Assembly (NCBI GenBank): GCA_002633005.1
Contig: NMRA01000300.1
Coordinates: forward strand, 160,022 to 224,021
DNA length: 64,000 nt
Reading direction: 5' to 3'
Source of the DNA: Phoronis australis
Taxonomy: Eukaryota > Animalia > Phoronida
Of this stretch, positions 41,643-54,741 are shown one piece after another. The notes under the pieces were generated by a model, which was not told the origin of the DNA, searched no databases, and saw only the letters and a program-made list of their open reading frames with translations. The position numbers and the translations under genes were made by a program. Positions within the stretch are counted from its first letter, which is position 1; each line of letters begins with the position of its first letter.

Positions 41643-41864
41643 TTAAGTAGTAGGCCTACCAGAGCCTCTTAAAAAACGTTCATCTTCATAGTGCCATGAA
41701 CAAATATATAAAGTCTTATTGCTGAAACGACTGCCATTCACGTTGACACAAGAAATAAGTTTTTCTTCCCACAGCCGATTATGGGGTCTTCGGATGGTAT
41801 GGAAGCTAATTCCTTTGCATTTCGCCTTTGTGGCCGAACAACCGGTCACACAGCAGCCGACCAT
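41643..41864 (-). pseudogene. THAP domain ORF at the 5' end of a P-element-like transposon remnant
   Basis: MVGCCVTGCS...GISFHTIRRP...LW...LYICSWHYEDERF is a C2CH THAP signature. A CATAG-type terminus lies upstream at 42014. No intact transposase follows. Confidence 0.75.
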
Positions 41865-44800
41865 GATTAGCAGACGACGTACTTGCCGGAAATTGCACCA
41901 GAAAATTTAGCCAGGTGTCGCCAGTGAATAATGACGTAACACCTTGTGCGTAAGCTCACAGATTTCGTCCATTGAAAGTATACGGAGTTGGCGGTCTATG
42001 TACTATTGTCTATGGTGCACCAAACAATCCCAGAACCATGAGAAACAAAACAGAATATTCTAACATGTCCAACTGTCATTACCAAATTCAGTAGTCTGTT
42101 ATTGATGAGAACAGCACACTTTAAAATACCTATTTTCCGAACATTTCAAAAATTTCAAGTGGCATGGACCGCGAAAACTCGTGAAAAATACGTTTTATAA
42201 GATCCCTAACGAAAGTACATTCATTCAAATTATTCACTTCCCCCTGAGAAGGAATTTCCAGAAAAAATGACCCAATTCATGGTTTTTGAAAGAAGTACGA
42301 AGAAAAGTTTATATGGTAACCACCTATACCTGCCAATCTCCCTCTCACTCATGATAAATGCGCGCATGCGCTCAGTCATTCGACAAATGAACAGCTGATT
42401 CAGTGTCAGGAGCGTTGTGGAGTGATTACTTTGCCACCCAATGTGCTTTATACCTCGTGCCGTGTATTTTGTGCCTACCTCTACGATTCTTCATGATTGG
42501 ACCATTACTTGAGATTTGATCATGCTGATCTACAGTGGACTATTATTCATTTACACCATGTGTCTGAGGACGGTGCTGCGCTAATAATCGAGGGCGCGGT
42601 TTGCAAGACGATACGAGACAAGATGTCGGACAGTGGAAAGCTGGGCAAGAAAATGGGACGTTCGTCTAAGCTAACCGACTCAGTTAGAAAGAAAAGAAGG
42701 CAAGACCTGCAGCTGAAAGTTAACAAACGACGCATTTATCTGGGTACAGAGCACTGCCGCTGGGAATCTCTTAGAAGTCAGCTATCCGTCACTAATTCCG
42801 AGCTGGCCAAACGAAAGCTTGATAATGCGTAAGTACTTGTTCGGTCCTGCATACTTTGGTAGTTATCGGGACATTGCCCGGTCCCAGCTTATCAAAATCA
42901 CCTCGATTCAATAAAGTAATGGTCCGAGAACTCACTGAGAAAGTGAAGAGTGTGAAAGTTAAACTCAGACATAAAATTCACCGAGTTGCTTTGTCTGTTG
43001 ACATTTAAGCTAACCTGCTAAGCCTACTTGTGTGGCTAAGCCTATGTCCTACTTATGACATATATTGACGATTTGTTTAGTTGTTTACAGTTGATAATTC
43101 TTGAAACACTAAGAGAAATTACAAAGCATTATTACTTTGAGATAGTACCACCGTCTCAACTGACTGCAGTAGAGATGGCAGTTGTCCAATAGGCCCTCCA
43201 CCAGTTGGAAATTTTTTGGCGAATTGTGCCACATTGATTAAACCATCGAAGTCATGTTGCTGCAGCGAACTTTTGCAGATAGAGGGATACCTTAGGGGAA
43301 TGGTAATGTCTTAAACTCTTCCCAGCTCGGTCGAATACGAACGGGCATTAGGAGTACATTTTCTGTCCTTCGTTAAGGTAACAAAATTATGGACTGACCA
43401 TTTTTGGGAAACTGGCTCAATTCTGTATTGATTGAGTCATTGCTGTAGCGTTTTGAAATCACATTGAGATCGACCTCCATGATGGAGTAAATCATTAAAG
43501 CACTACACTGGTGATCATCGGAGTTTGCTAGTCCTTGAAACTTGGCCGCAAGGGTTGTACCACTCATACCTGTGCAAAATGATATTGTAGATAAACAAAG
43601 AAACGAATCAGAAAGAAATCTTGATTACCAAAGTATTTGTTCAAGTTGGAAGGAATTAAAGACATCGACAGCCTCCTAAGGTGACCATGTCTATGTTTTA
43701 AAGGTACTTAAGGCAGCATGACTTTCATGGTTTAGTGTGTGCGAGGTACGAGTTGCCAAAAGGATTCTTGCTGCCCCTGGAAGACCCCCTGTGGCACCAG
43801 ATATGGCCCAGTTCAGACAGCAATTCTGTTTTAGTGGCAAGCCGTGCATTTTGCTAGATTGAGTACTTGCAAAGTAGGTACAAAGTCATGTCTCATGGAT
43901 TTGTATCCTTGTTATCTTGTTGTACCTTATTTACAGACCTATGTATATTGACATTAAGTGGTATTATAATCTGAGAGATCAAGAGGTCTACCTTCTTCAA
44001 AGATATTATGCGAGATCTGGAAGAAAATCCACTGCTAAAACCTCATTAATCAAAATTTCGCTGCCCTACAAAGATTAACAAAGTAAAAGCACAAACGTTC
44101 GTTGATCAATTTTCATAATTCAAAAACACATTAACAGAGGATAACTTTTGGTTACAAATTCCAATTCGCAACAAAAAATTTAGTAATGAATTGCACTCGC
44201 ATTTTTTGCGATGGATATTCATGTAGTTTGGTTGTTATTATGGCGGCGAATTGTACCACCTGTATGCTTTGACATCTGTACCTGTAGTTAATAACTAGGT
44301 TATTGTAATTTCATTTTTGCACTGTAGGTATGAAGTGGCACAAAGTGAAAGATTTTCAACAATGTCTAGACAAGTGTCCACAGAGTCAGAACCTGAAGCC
44401 CTATCAGCAACACCAGCTGCAACTCCCCAGTTTGTTCAAAGGTATTTTAGAAATTATTTTTTCAGTGAAATTGTGTTGTCTACACCTTCACCTACTAGTA
44501 TTTGTGTCTACGACAATACATGAAATGGAAAATTGCGTTTGTTGAAAACTCCAAGTCATTTTTTGTGAGGGTTACTAATTTAAATCAAATCATTCCAGCT
44601 TGCCATTGTTAGAAATATTACTGAACTTGCATTCATTAAGCCTTAACTGGCTTGGACTATGGACTGATTGGTTGTATTTTCATCAAGATTTTGCTTTCCT
44701 AACTTTGCTCTAGGTTGAACTTGATTTTACTGTACCTTATTAATACTTCAATTATGGTCCAAATGTTGTAACTTGTTTTATTGAACTGACTCTGAACTTA

Positions 44801-45368
44801 CTCTAAAAACATTGTCCTTAAAACACGTTTAAAAGTAATCACATTTTTTGATGTTATCTTTACAGATATGACTGTGCTACTGCTGTTCTGAAGCCTGGGA
44901 CCTCAAAACTGGTGCCATCAACACCAACTGGTTTACATCCATCAACATTACTCAGGTGTGAAACTGTTATTCAAAATGAATATTTGTACTCTACGTTGCT
45001 GAATTTTTTACTGACAGTGGTTTAGGAGCATTGGGATGTCAAGAGTGAAAATGTAAAAGCTGTAGGCTTATTTGACCATGTCTCTGACAATTATGAGCTT
45101 CTAAACTGCACCAATTGAAATATCCCTGTTAAACGAGAAAAAGGCAAACAAACATGCAAACTTCGATTCACATGTACGAACCATAATTCATAATAAAACT
45201 TGAATCGCAGATACAAACCATATCAAATGTATGAACAAAAATTCATGCATGTAAACCAAAGAAACAGATAAAACAAAAAACAGGGGTACGAAGTAATATC
45301 ACTTAATTACGTAAACATTTTCTAGTGATGGTGGTCATAATTTGTTTTCTCAAGGAATCCAGCATTAA

Positions 45369-46866
45369 AGTCCTTCTCTCACGCGTTGTTAACCCTTATT
45401 ACATGGTTAGAGGATGTTATAAGGATCCAAGAAGTACCTACCCCATAACTAATACACGATCCGTACTCGAAAAAAAGTTTAAATGAATGCGCCACTCACG
45501 GTTCGTATCCGAAGACCCATCGCCATTTTGAACTTGCCGCTTACCCGGAACTACAATTCATTCAGGAACCCAGACTAAGAAAACGCCGTCAGTGTGAGTG
45601 CCTGTTACCAGCCTGCAAACGGGGATAAAATAATCGACAGCGCGCCTTAATTTTAATAAAATCAAAATACGGACAATTTTATCGAATTTGCTGAAGAAAT
45701 GTGGCGAATGAATTTTGACAGAAATTATTTTGCCAGACTCGGGACCGCAGCCTATCGGACCCGGTGCCGATCGGGACCAGACACTGGCGAACGGTAAACG
45801 CATGCGGTTGCAAGCTGTTTTGTCAAAGTAAAATGGTCAAATCATAAATGCTGCATATATTCAAGGGTAGTTTCAGACACTTGCATGAAATTACGGGCTG
45901 GTTAGTACATCTTATATTTTTGCACAAAAACACGAAAATGGAACAAAGTTTCTTTTTGTAGCAACGTTTGTCAAAATGTATCAACGTTAAATCTTCACAA
46001 ATTACAAAGAAGCCGACTGAACATGCCTTTCAGTTCAGCAAAAGTCGCCTTGCTGTCGGTGCCGCCAGAAATGAGGCGAAGTTCAACGGGTGTTGTGAGC
46101 ATGAGTAACAACTGCGAGGCTGAAATTTGGTGAATACTGTTAAATCGTGCAGATTAATAAGTAAAGATATGTCTAACTAAATTTCACCGTAATTTGTTAG
46201 CGAAAACAATTTACATACATTTTTGAACTCGTAACTTGTCCCGCTGTCCTCCAATAAGGCGGACGCGATCCAAACAAAGTGACCCAAATTTCGCCACAAA
46301 ACTTGCAATAACTTTACACTGCTTGCCCCGATTTTGATACTTTTTCGATTTTTACTGAGTAGAATGCACTACCTTTCCGATGATAGCAAAGTACTTTTTC
46401 AAAACGAGAAAAAAAATAACACCAAAAAAATTGGTTCGACTCATATTGGTTCCTAGGTTCGACCAGCCTACGTAAGGAACTAAACACCAATGCTATTTTA
46501 ACATACTAAGTACGCGTTACATTCCAAAAAAAGTCAACGACCACTAACTACAAACTATATATACAGTACATATGCAAACGAATCGCGAGATATTACTAAT
46601 AAAACAAGCGATAGCACATTAAGTTACAAGGAAAAAATGGCGGCGTTCAGGACAAGTTCCTGAACTGATGACCGGGAAATGTGGGTACGGAAATAACCGA
46701 TGACAACCGGTAATCATACGCTCAGAGAGAACGGTCAAATACTGTTCAAAAATCGCTTTTGGCAAGAAAGGTGAAAAGAATATAAAGAAAGGGTGTCGAA
46801 AATAAGATTTTATGTAGTAATTATTTTCGGATACTGGAACCACATGGGCAGTTTGAGAGAAGGACT
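45369..46866 (-). mobile_element. Kolobok-like non-autonomous DNA transposon, copy 2 (inverted)
   Basis: TTAA|AGTCCTTCTCTCA ... TGAGAGAAGGACT|TTAA: perfect TTAA TSD and 13-bp TIR. Confidence 0.9.
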
Positions 46867-47243
46867 TTAAGCAAAATGGCAACATAAAATGTATCAGTAG
46901 AAGAACTATGTTCTTACATGTTATTTGTATGTCTGATTAGTTATTTTGTGTGCATGACTGTTTGTTTGTACACATCATGTTGTGGTTCGTATGTATAAAT
47001 GAAGCGTTCTTCCAAATGATGCAGTGTTTTGTGCGTATGACTGCTTGACACCCTCGATTAGTTAATGACAAATATTGAACTCAAGATAACTTTCTTTATC
47101 ACTTAAATGTGATTATGGCAATGGTATATTTTCAGTGGGCTTGAGCTTTCTGGAATCGATGCAAGTGAGTCTGTCTGTGACGACGAAGCCTTGATGTTTG
47201 TATCCACGCCATTCATTACAAAGGTGTGTGAAAGTTCTGACTG

Positions 47244-47457
47244 GAGCCTGTTCAAGAAATTGACAAGATCGTTTTTGACTTGAGTCTAAGATTTGTCTTT
47301 AACTTCCAAACTTTGAAACTTCCAAGTTTGGTAAGTTAAGACAAAACTTATGTCAAACACTTTCTTGAATTGGTTTTGAGACAAATTTAACTTTATTTTA
47401 AAATTTACTAAACGTTGAAAATTGTCTTAGCTAAGTCAGTTCTGTTGGAACAGGCCC
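47244..47457. mobile_element. PIF/Harbinger-type MITE
   Basis: CTG|GAGCCTGTT...AACAGGCCC|CTG: 3-bp CWG TSD, TIR, and internal CTAAG/CTTAG motifs. Confidence 0.6.
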
Positions 47458-50400
47458 CTGATCTTTAAAATTTGAGAGAACTAGTCAGTGCTCATGAATT
47501 ATCTTGACAACAAACTGTTAAGTGTTGTAACTGATGATTGAATTGTGAAATATTTTGTGCATATATTTTGCAAGGTATATTCCATTAAAATGCATTTTTC
47601 TACATGTCTGGTATGGTCAGGAATGGTGTGCACAGGTTTCACTTCTAAGCATGACTGAATTTTGCATACTCTGTTTACATGCATTGTATATATTTGTGAT
47701 TTGCAAAGATGTACCTAAAAGCAAATACATCAAAAAGGAAATGGGCAGCAGTTTTGGTGACCCTTTTGACTAAATACCACCTATTAGGTATGGTTTTATA
47801 GGTCATCCTGCAACTAATCTTGTCATATTTGTATTTTTAATGTGACACATTGGTATTCCTAACTTATTCGAATATAGTGTGGGCAGAGTTGAAGTTGATT
47901 GCTCTATAATTTAAAAGTTTATATTCAAAGGCAACGTTGGGATTTTGAGGAGTTTTTATCAGTAGCATAGACAATCCATGAAATTTGTGGTGGTATTTTA
48001 TTTGACATCAAGTCATAAGTGTGTGTTCTGGATAGAATTTCCTAAGTCTGTTTTTTGAGTTCTAAATATAGAGACCATGCTGTACATGGATTGTTTTTTT
48101 ATCATAACTTAATCATGGTTAGGCGATATGTGGTGAAATCCAATAAATACAGACTGACCAATGCTTTAAAGGAGAAACACTCAAACATTTTTGACTCTCT
48201 ATATTACAGGCTATTGATTGATGTTTCTGAGAACCTAGCATGCGATGACCTGGACGATAACTGTAAGTGCAACATAACCATCGGGTACACATTTAAATTA
48301 TGAGTTATCAAATATTTTATAAAAATACATCATTATTGTTCAGTGCTGACTATATTAATGAATTTAATTGAAATATATCTTCTACTGACGATTGCTTATA
48401 ATAGCTCAGTGCATGGACAGCAATGAATCTCAGGTTGGAAACCCTGACAGGACAGAAATTCTTTCAAAGTACTAACCATTAGGTCCCGCAAAACGACTAA
48501 AGAAGGCATCGTAAGGAGTCATCAAACGCTATATGTCTAAAACATATGAATTCTGAATGAACTATTTAACTGTTCTCCAGTGCACATAATGCGAGCCCTG
48601 TTACTTAGTAGTTCTTCAAGTGCGTTACGGGAGCTAGGTGTTGTGGCGTTTTTGAAATTCTAAAGGGCAAGATCATCATGCTTTCTCTTGTTGCAGTCCA
48701 GAAAGTATCCTTGATGATGTGGATATTAGCGATGTTGGATTTGGAGATGACGAGTTTGGTGGGGAGGAAGTTGCATCAATATGTACCGCTATGGAGACAA
48801 TGATGACACGTTATCCACTGGTTTCGGTGGTGTCCACAGAATTCATGATGCAGCTGGTGCACACTCAGCTGTGAACGCTAGCAAATTTATTGTTTTTAGG
48901 ACACTCTCCTTTCCCTTTCAAATCTCATCAGCGTGTCTTGCAAAGAATGAGTGATGTTCGGATTTCTTCTGTTAAAGGTTTAGCACTCTCTTTTTTTAAC
49001 TCCTCCGAAAGGTGTCGCACTTGCTCATTTGGTCATTGCATTTACTCTTCTCTGAAAATTAGGAGATTTTTCACTAATTACGGAAGGGATATAATTCACT
49101 TAGCTACAGCCTCAGCTCACTACTAGAAAAACATGGAATTTTATTCAAAAACTGATGTCACATCACATGAAAATCTGCGTAAAATGTAATGGCTCCTTTT
49201 TTCTTCAAGATGTAAAGTGACATAGAAGGTTAAATTTTGGATATTCTATATATTTACAAGTCATAAATGTTTCTCTGAACTAGAGTTTTTGGGTTGTTTA
49301 ACTTTTTTCACGTGTTTGTTACTCATGATAAAGTACCTGTACGTCAGCTTGATAAGATGAGCTGGGGTCACTGAAGCTGGACCTGGAGTAGCTGTAGCGA
49401 CCGACTTCCATTTCCTTCCTTTACCTCCTCTTACACTTTCACATCTCCTTATTTTCATGGCTCTCCCACATATTCTATGGAAATAAACAGGCCTTTTAAA
49501 TTTCATATAGTCTCAAAGTTCATCAAAAGCCATGCCTAACATTGTGAGTAATTTCCAAACCAAAGCAAATGCTTCAAACAGGACTGGTAATGTGTGGAAA
49601 AATTCTGTTTCTGAGAGCATTCCATTAGTGAGTTCTTAGCCCCAGTCTGTTAGTCTAAGCTCTTTTCACGTTTTACCCCATGGATAAGTGTCACCGATCT
49701 GTTCTAATATTTTGATGCAATGTTAGACTGTACACTGGTTCGAGTTCATCACTTTATTAATCTTGACTGTATGCTCATATTAAGTCCATTCAAACAAAAC
49801 GTACATGTACAACGTAATATCTGTTCTATGCTCAGCCAGTGCTACAAAGCCTTGACTTTCAGTAATAACATGCTACTTTTGACAATTCTTTGTTTTCTAG
49901 CCACAGCTGAAGTGTTAGACAAGTTCTGTGCAATTGAAACTGTACAACGGCAGTTGTTGTAGCCAATGAATAATGTTATGAACTATGAAAGTACCTAGAT
50001 GTTCTATTATCATGTATTTTCTCGTCTGGGATGATAATTTGATGCTCCATGGACAGTTTAAATAAAATTATTTTCAATTAATGTTGCTGCAATTTCTGAT
50101 GTTTTTAGTGGGACAAATTTGCTGGAAGTGCAATTTATCATTCCATTTGTCCAAAGGTGTGTAGATTGATTGTCTTTTTATTTCTAAACACAGTTATGTT
50201 GCTCAAGTCTTATTTCATGCATTATGTAACTTCGTATCCTTCCATGAGTCCATACATCATTGATGTTTCATTGTAATCAGATGTAACAGTGGAGGTCAGC
50301 TCAATAAAACACTGAGAAGTTGATTGCAAACCACAGATTTGGGCAAATCCCTAAATTGCTAAGTGCTTGCAGTTATAGTCATTGAAAATGTGTAACATAC

Positions 50401-52524
50401 TTTGAAGAAAAACAAAATTATTTAGATCACGATGATGCTCGATAAAATAAAACTTTTTGAATGCTGTTGGGACTGAATGTTCATCATGATGCATAATGCA
50501 AACTATAACTGGGTGAACAATTAGGTTAATGTATTTACCACCAGTCCTTGAAACATATGTTTCTGTGACTTATCATCATCACATCTTTCCATGTAATGAC
50601 AATGTAAACTATCAGATGACTGGAGTTAACAGCTTTTGAGATATTAGGAGATAAACTGTGTTTTAGGTTCAAAAAGATACCAAAATTTAGCATTAGAAAG
50701 TTAATCTTCCCAATTTTAAAGTTTTATTTAAAAATTCGTTGTGAAGCACCTTGTAATTGGTTAGAATTGCTGTAAATAACAGTGTGATTACTATGGCATA
50801 GATTTAATGTAATTACAAAGTTGGTCGAGTCATTGCACTTGGTCAATGTAAACATGGCCATTTGAACCCTAAAATGCATTGACTACATGTACTTTGGGCC
50901 CACTGGGTGCATTTGGCCCCAGAATTCAAGAAAACCTTGGGCCAGAAATTTTGGGGGATTCTTTGATCTGTAAACAAGAAAGTTCAATGAAGGTTTCCAG
51001 AGAAATTCAGATAACATTTTCTTCCACCACTAACAGCTGAGGATTTAGCTAACTGCACTTGCACTACTCCGCCACTTACTAAACGGTGAATATGCCAGTG
51101 GCGGATCTAGGATACCACAAGAGGGGCCCAACATGACGCCTCGGAGACATGGGCAAAGCTCGATTGTATGCACAGGTGGCTCGAATGTTGTGGGGGCAGG
51201 CGATACGTATCTGGTGTTCCGGAATTCTACCATTGGGCTCGATGTTTTCTCACGCTTCACGCTGTTGCTGTTTAATTTTTTTGCTTGCACCAGTCAAGGG
51301 GGGTCCCTTGGCCTGTACGCAATCATCACGTAGTAACAATTAATAATCACCCCGAGATACATTTTCGTTATAAATCTACGTACAGCCACGATGCATTGAA
51401 ACGTTTTTAGCAAAATGTTATTGTTCATGTTTACCATAGATTATACACAACATAGTCTATGATGTTGACCGTACGCCGATCGGCCCGGGGGAGCCAGACT
51501 ATTTTCATTCACTAAACGAGAAGACACGAATCGAACGTTTTCCGTTTGAAATGCACATAAATGAAATCCTAGGCAAAAAGTGTATTAGATCATACTTGGG
51601 AGGGCATAGAAACCAAATAAATCGATAACTTATTTCAGAAATGGGACTTCTTTGAGTCAATCGAGGTGTCGATGTCACGGTGCTTTCGAAACCAGCCATC
51701 ACTGTTTTGCTTTCGTCGACCTTTCACCTCTCTGAGGTCATCAGACCTTTTCCAAATAAAGCACCGCAATGCATTTTGGAACTGTAATGTCGGACTTGAC
51801 GAGCACGAAGGCGTGTCCTTTTGGTCAACTTTCAAACGTAAATAAAAATACTCCAAACTCATCTAAAACTCACAATACTTACGAAACCTACAAAAAACTT
51901 GTACGCCACGATATGATACAGATTTCATGCAAGATGAGTAACATGTACTTTCTTATTTTATACATGTACTATTTTTCACGTTCGAAGCCACTTTAAACTA
52001 ATATTTTATCACTTTTTATAATCTATGAAACTTAAGTACAGTTCTTCCTAAATGCAACACAAATTTACAAAATTTATGATGCATAACGTCAGTAGTGTCA
52101 CTCATGTGATGAATCCATATTTCTGCACCAATAGGTCACGTGATATCTTAGAGTCAAATAATTTGAGCCACATCTCAACTGGTATGTCAACAAATTTTGA
52201 CGTATACGTTTTTCGAATGAGTCTGCTTTAAAATGATTGAGCACATGACTTGTTATTCTCCATAATATTACAAAAATACACAGACGTATTTACATCGCCT
52301 TCATCTACACAACCTCTGATTAGGTCAATTGATTCAAGTCGTTCCGCTGAATTCAAACTATTTTGGTATGCTGTATAGTTTCATTCCAACGCAGTTTGCT
52401 CTCCATCTTTCTCAGCGCGTTACCTTCGTATTCATGATTTAGGTAATGAGTTTCATCAATTTCAAATTGCAGTGGAAAGGAATCATTTGTTCGCCATAGT
52501 TGAAGTAGGAAGGAATCACATAGT

Positions 52525-52780
52525 CAATAACACTGTTACCTATACTAATAAAACTGTTACCTACATTAATAACAATGTCGTCTATACTAATAACACTATT
52601 ACCTATACTAATAACACTATTACCTATACTAATAACACTATTACCTATACTAATAACACTATTACCTATACTAATAACACTATTACCTATACTAATAACA
52701 CTATTACCTATACTAATAACACTTTTACCTATACTAATAACACTGTTACCTATACTAACATCACTGTTCCCTCTACTAAC
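52525..52780. repeat. 21-bp minisatellite (ACCTATACTAATAACACTATT, about 12 copies)
   Basis: Direct reading; gives spurious TYTNNTI/ISIGNSV ORFs. Confidence 0.95.
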
Positions 52781-52899
52781 AAAACATGCAAACCTTTCAA
52801 GGCTTTTGTCATTTCCAATTCTCCCATGCACAATTCGCAACCTCCCTCATTTACATAAATATAATATATCTGTCAAATAATCATTATATTAATTGTCTA

Positions 52900-54450
52900 T
52901 AGAAATGCGCGGTACAGTGTAGATGTGAAAATCATATTCCATATGTTGAAAATCATTATTAAATGTACAAAACTCATTCTTCATAAATCTGGCACGGATC
53001 CAGTCCGTGCATTCAAGTCTCCACATAACAAGATCTAACAGAATGGAAAATTCTCTTTAAATTTTACAATAGCATTCATTAACTGATCAAAAACAGGGTC
53101 GTCAGAAAATACACTTTATCTTTTGACTGATGCGTGAACTACACCGCCATGCAATGGTTCATACTTATCGGTAAAAACAAATCTTAACCACAGAATATTT
53201 GGAGAACATGATTTCGGCCACTATGTAGAGGGGACAATATTTTATTTTACAAAAACGAAATGCCAAATGAACTGCGAACTGCTCTATTATACCTTTTCTT
53301 GCTTTCACAAATGTCATTGAATGAATTGTATCCATCCAAGGGAAAATCCCCAATACTAATTCCTCAGGTCTCCTCCTTGAAAACATTGTTTGATGTGTAA
53401 AAGCTCCAATTTAGGCATACGTCATTACATGTAGGTGACGTGGACAAGTCTAGCGTAGTGACTGTCAGCCTACATTGTAAGTTATCAATATGAAGAGTGT
53501 ATAACTCAACAAGCATGCCATGAGAGTTATTGTCGCTAATTAGGTTTAACTTAGTGAACAACCTGAAAATGTTAGTTGGTGATTGTTGTCAAAGACCATC
53601 CACTCTACCAGAAAATATAAAAATTTCAGCTCTATCAGATACAGATTTTTTAGAGGTTTGTCAAAATTCTGTCCGCGACGCAGTTGGTTTATTGTCATTT
53701 GACCCTATTTTGATCCGTATTTTGACCCGTATTCAAGATGAAATTTCAAAAATGCTACATTTCCCATGTGGTTTAATCGTTTTCATTTTAGAGTCATTTG
53801 ATGAAAATCAAAAAATCCAGTTTTGATACGTCTTGGAACAGTTTAAAACAAATTCCTAACATGTTTTGGTTTGAAGAACATTGCATATAAAGTGAATCCT
53901 CAACGAGTCTCGGGTTTATGACGTGGCAAAATCTCTTGGAAATTAAGTCAAATCCGGAGGCTTGTCGAGGGATTTTGATGAAATATCCAAGAGGTTTTGC
54001 CCATGTCATGAACCCAAGTCGACTGTAGGATTTGTTTCCTCACGTGAACCGTAAAAACGATCTTTTTGCAGAAAAACTTCGACGTGTCTAAAACTTTCAA
54101 CCACATGACGCAACTTTTGTAAAAACACGCTTGCGTTATGTAAAGTAAACCCAGTTACTTTTTTGTTAATAACTTTATTTTAAACTCAATAATTGCAAAT
54201 TGCATTTACCTTTCGTAACAAACGTAGAAGCTAGAATCTAATAAATACTTTTTTGAAATTGTAACATGAAAACAAATGTTTATAAAAATAACAGTGAGCA
54301 CTTCTTCCCGCTCTTGAGCACTGAATTGACCTTGAGACAGCACAGCTAGTTAGTCTCTTCGCGCGGTTTCTTGATTTGGGGTTCATCTCCGTTCGAATGA
54401 ACGATGATATGGAATTCGCCGGCGAAGGACTTTGGATGTCATGTTGAACC
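52900..54450 (-). mobile_element. Degenerate LINE 5' portion (APE endonuclease and upstream region), CR1/RTEX-like
   Basis: Minus strand at about 52985-53035 reads ILLCGDLNARTGSVPD (APE GDxNA motif). The upstream region is coding-like but full of stops. Confidence 0.55.
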
Positions 54451-54599
54451 TTGTTTCCTTCATGGAATTCCGGCATCGTTTGGTAGCTGGTATTAGTGTT
54501 TGGCAGACAATAAAATGTAAGGCGTATAGACCTAACTCACGCCGACAGGAGGAGCGTCCCAAAACAAGGCTCGCTACGATAGCTCTGTTGGCTTATCGG

Positions 54600-54741
54600 C
54601 ATAGTTCAGTGTATTCCGCGTTGCCGACCAGGGACGGCTAGAAAAAATACGGACATTTAACTGCCTGTTTTTACAACCCCTAAGGACGTTGAGATTCGGA
54701 AGCGTTGGGTCGTTGCCATACGCCGCGACGAAGGAAAATAT
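54600..54741 (+). pseudogene. THAP domain fragment
   Basis: QCIPRC...*...TPKDVEIRKRWVVAIRRDEGKY, matching the FPKD..R..W...IRRD THAP core. Confidence 0.65.

Larger units (their letters stand above)
42623..48875 (+). pseudogene. Multi-exon, probably transposon-borne gene nested in the TGF-beta intron (degenerate at its 3' end)
   Basis: Frame-compatible exons with canonical sites: 42623-42828 (ATG...GC|gtaagt), 44328-44441, 44866-44955, 47136-47223, with weaker ones near 48210-48261 and 48698-48875. Exon 1 encodes KKRRQDLQLKVNKRRIYLGTEHCRWESLRSQL..NSELAKRKLD(N)AY. Confidence 0.6.

Noticed and set aside
39075-45803. Duplicated 78-81-aa ORFs (FASVWSRS.PGPIGCGPESGKI) as paralogous genes
   Set aside because: They are incidental frames within the two inverted Kolobok-like copies.
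52439-52880. TYTNNTI / ISIGNSV / LPILITL repeat ORFs
   Set aside because: Open in several frames on both strands only because of a 21-bp tandem repeat.
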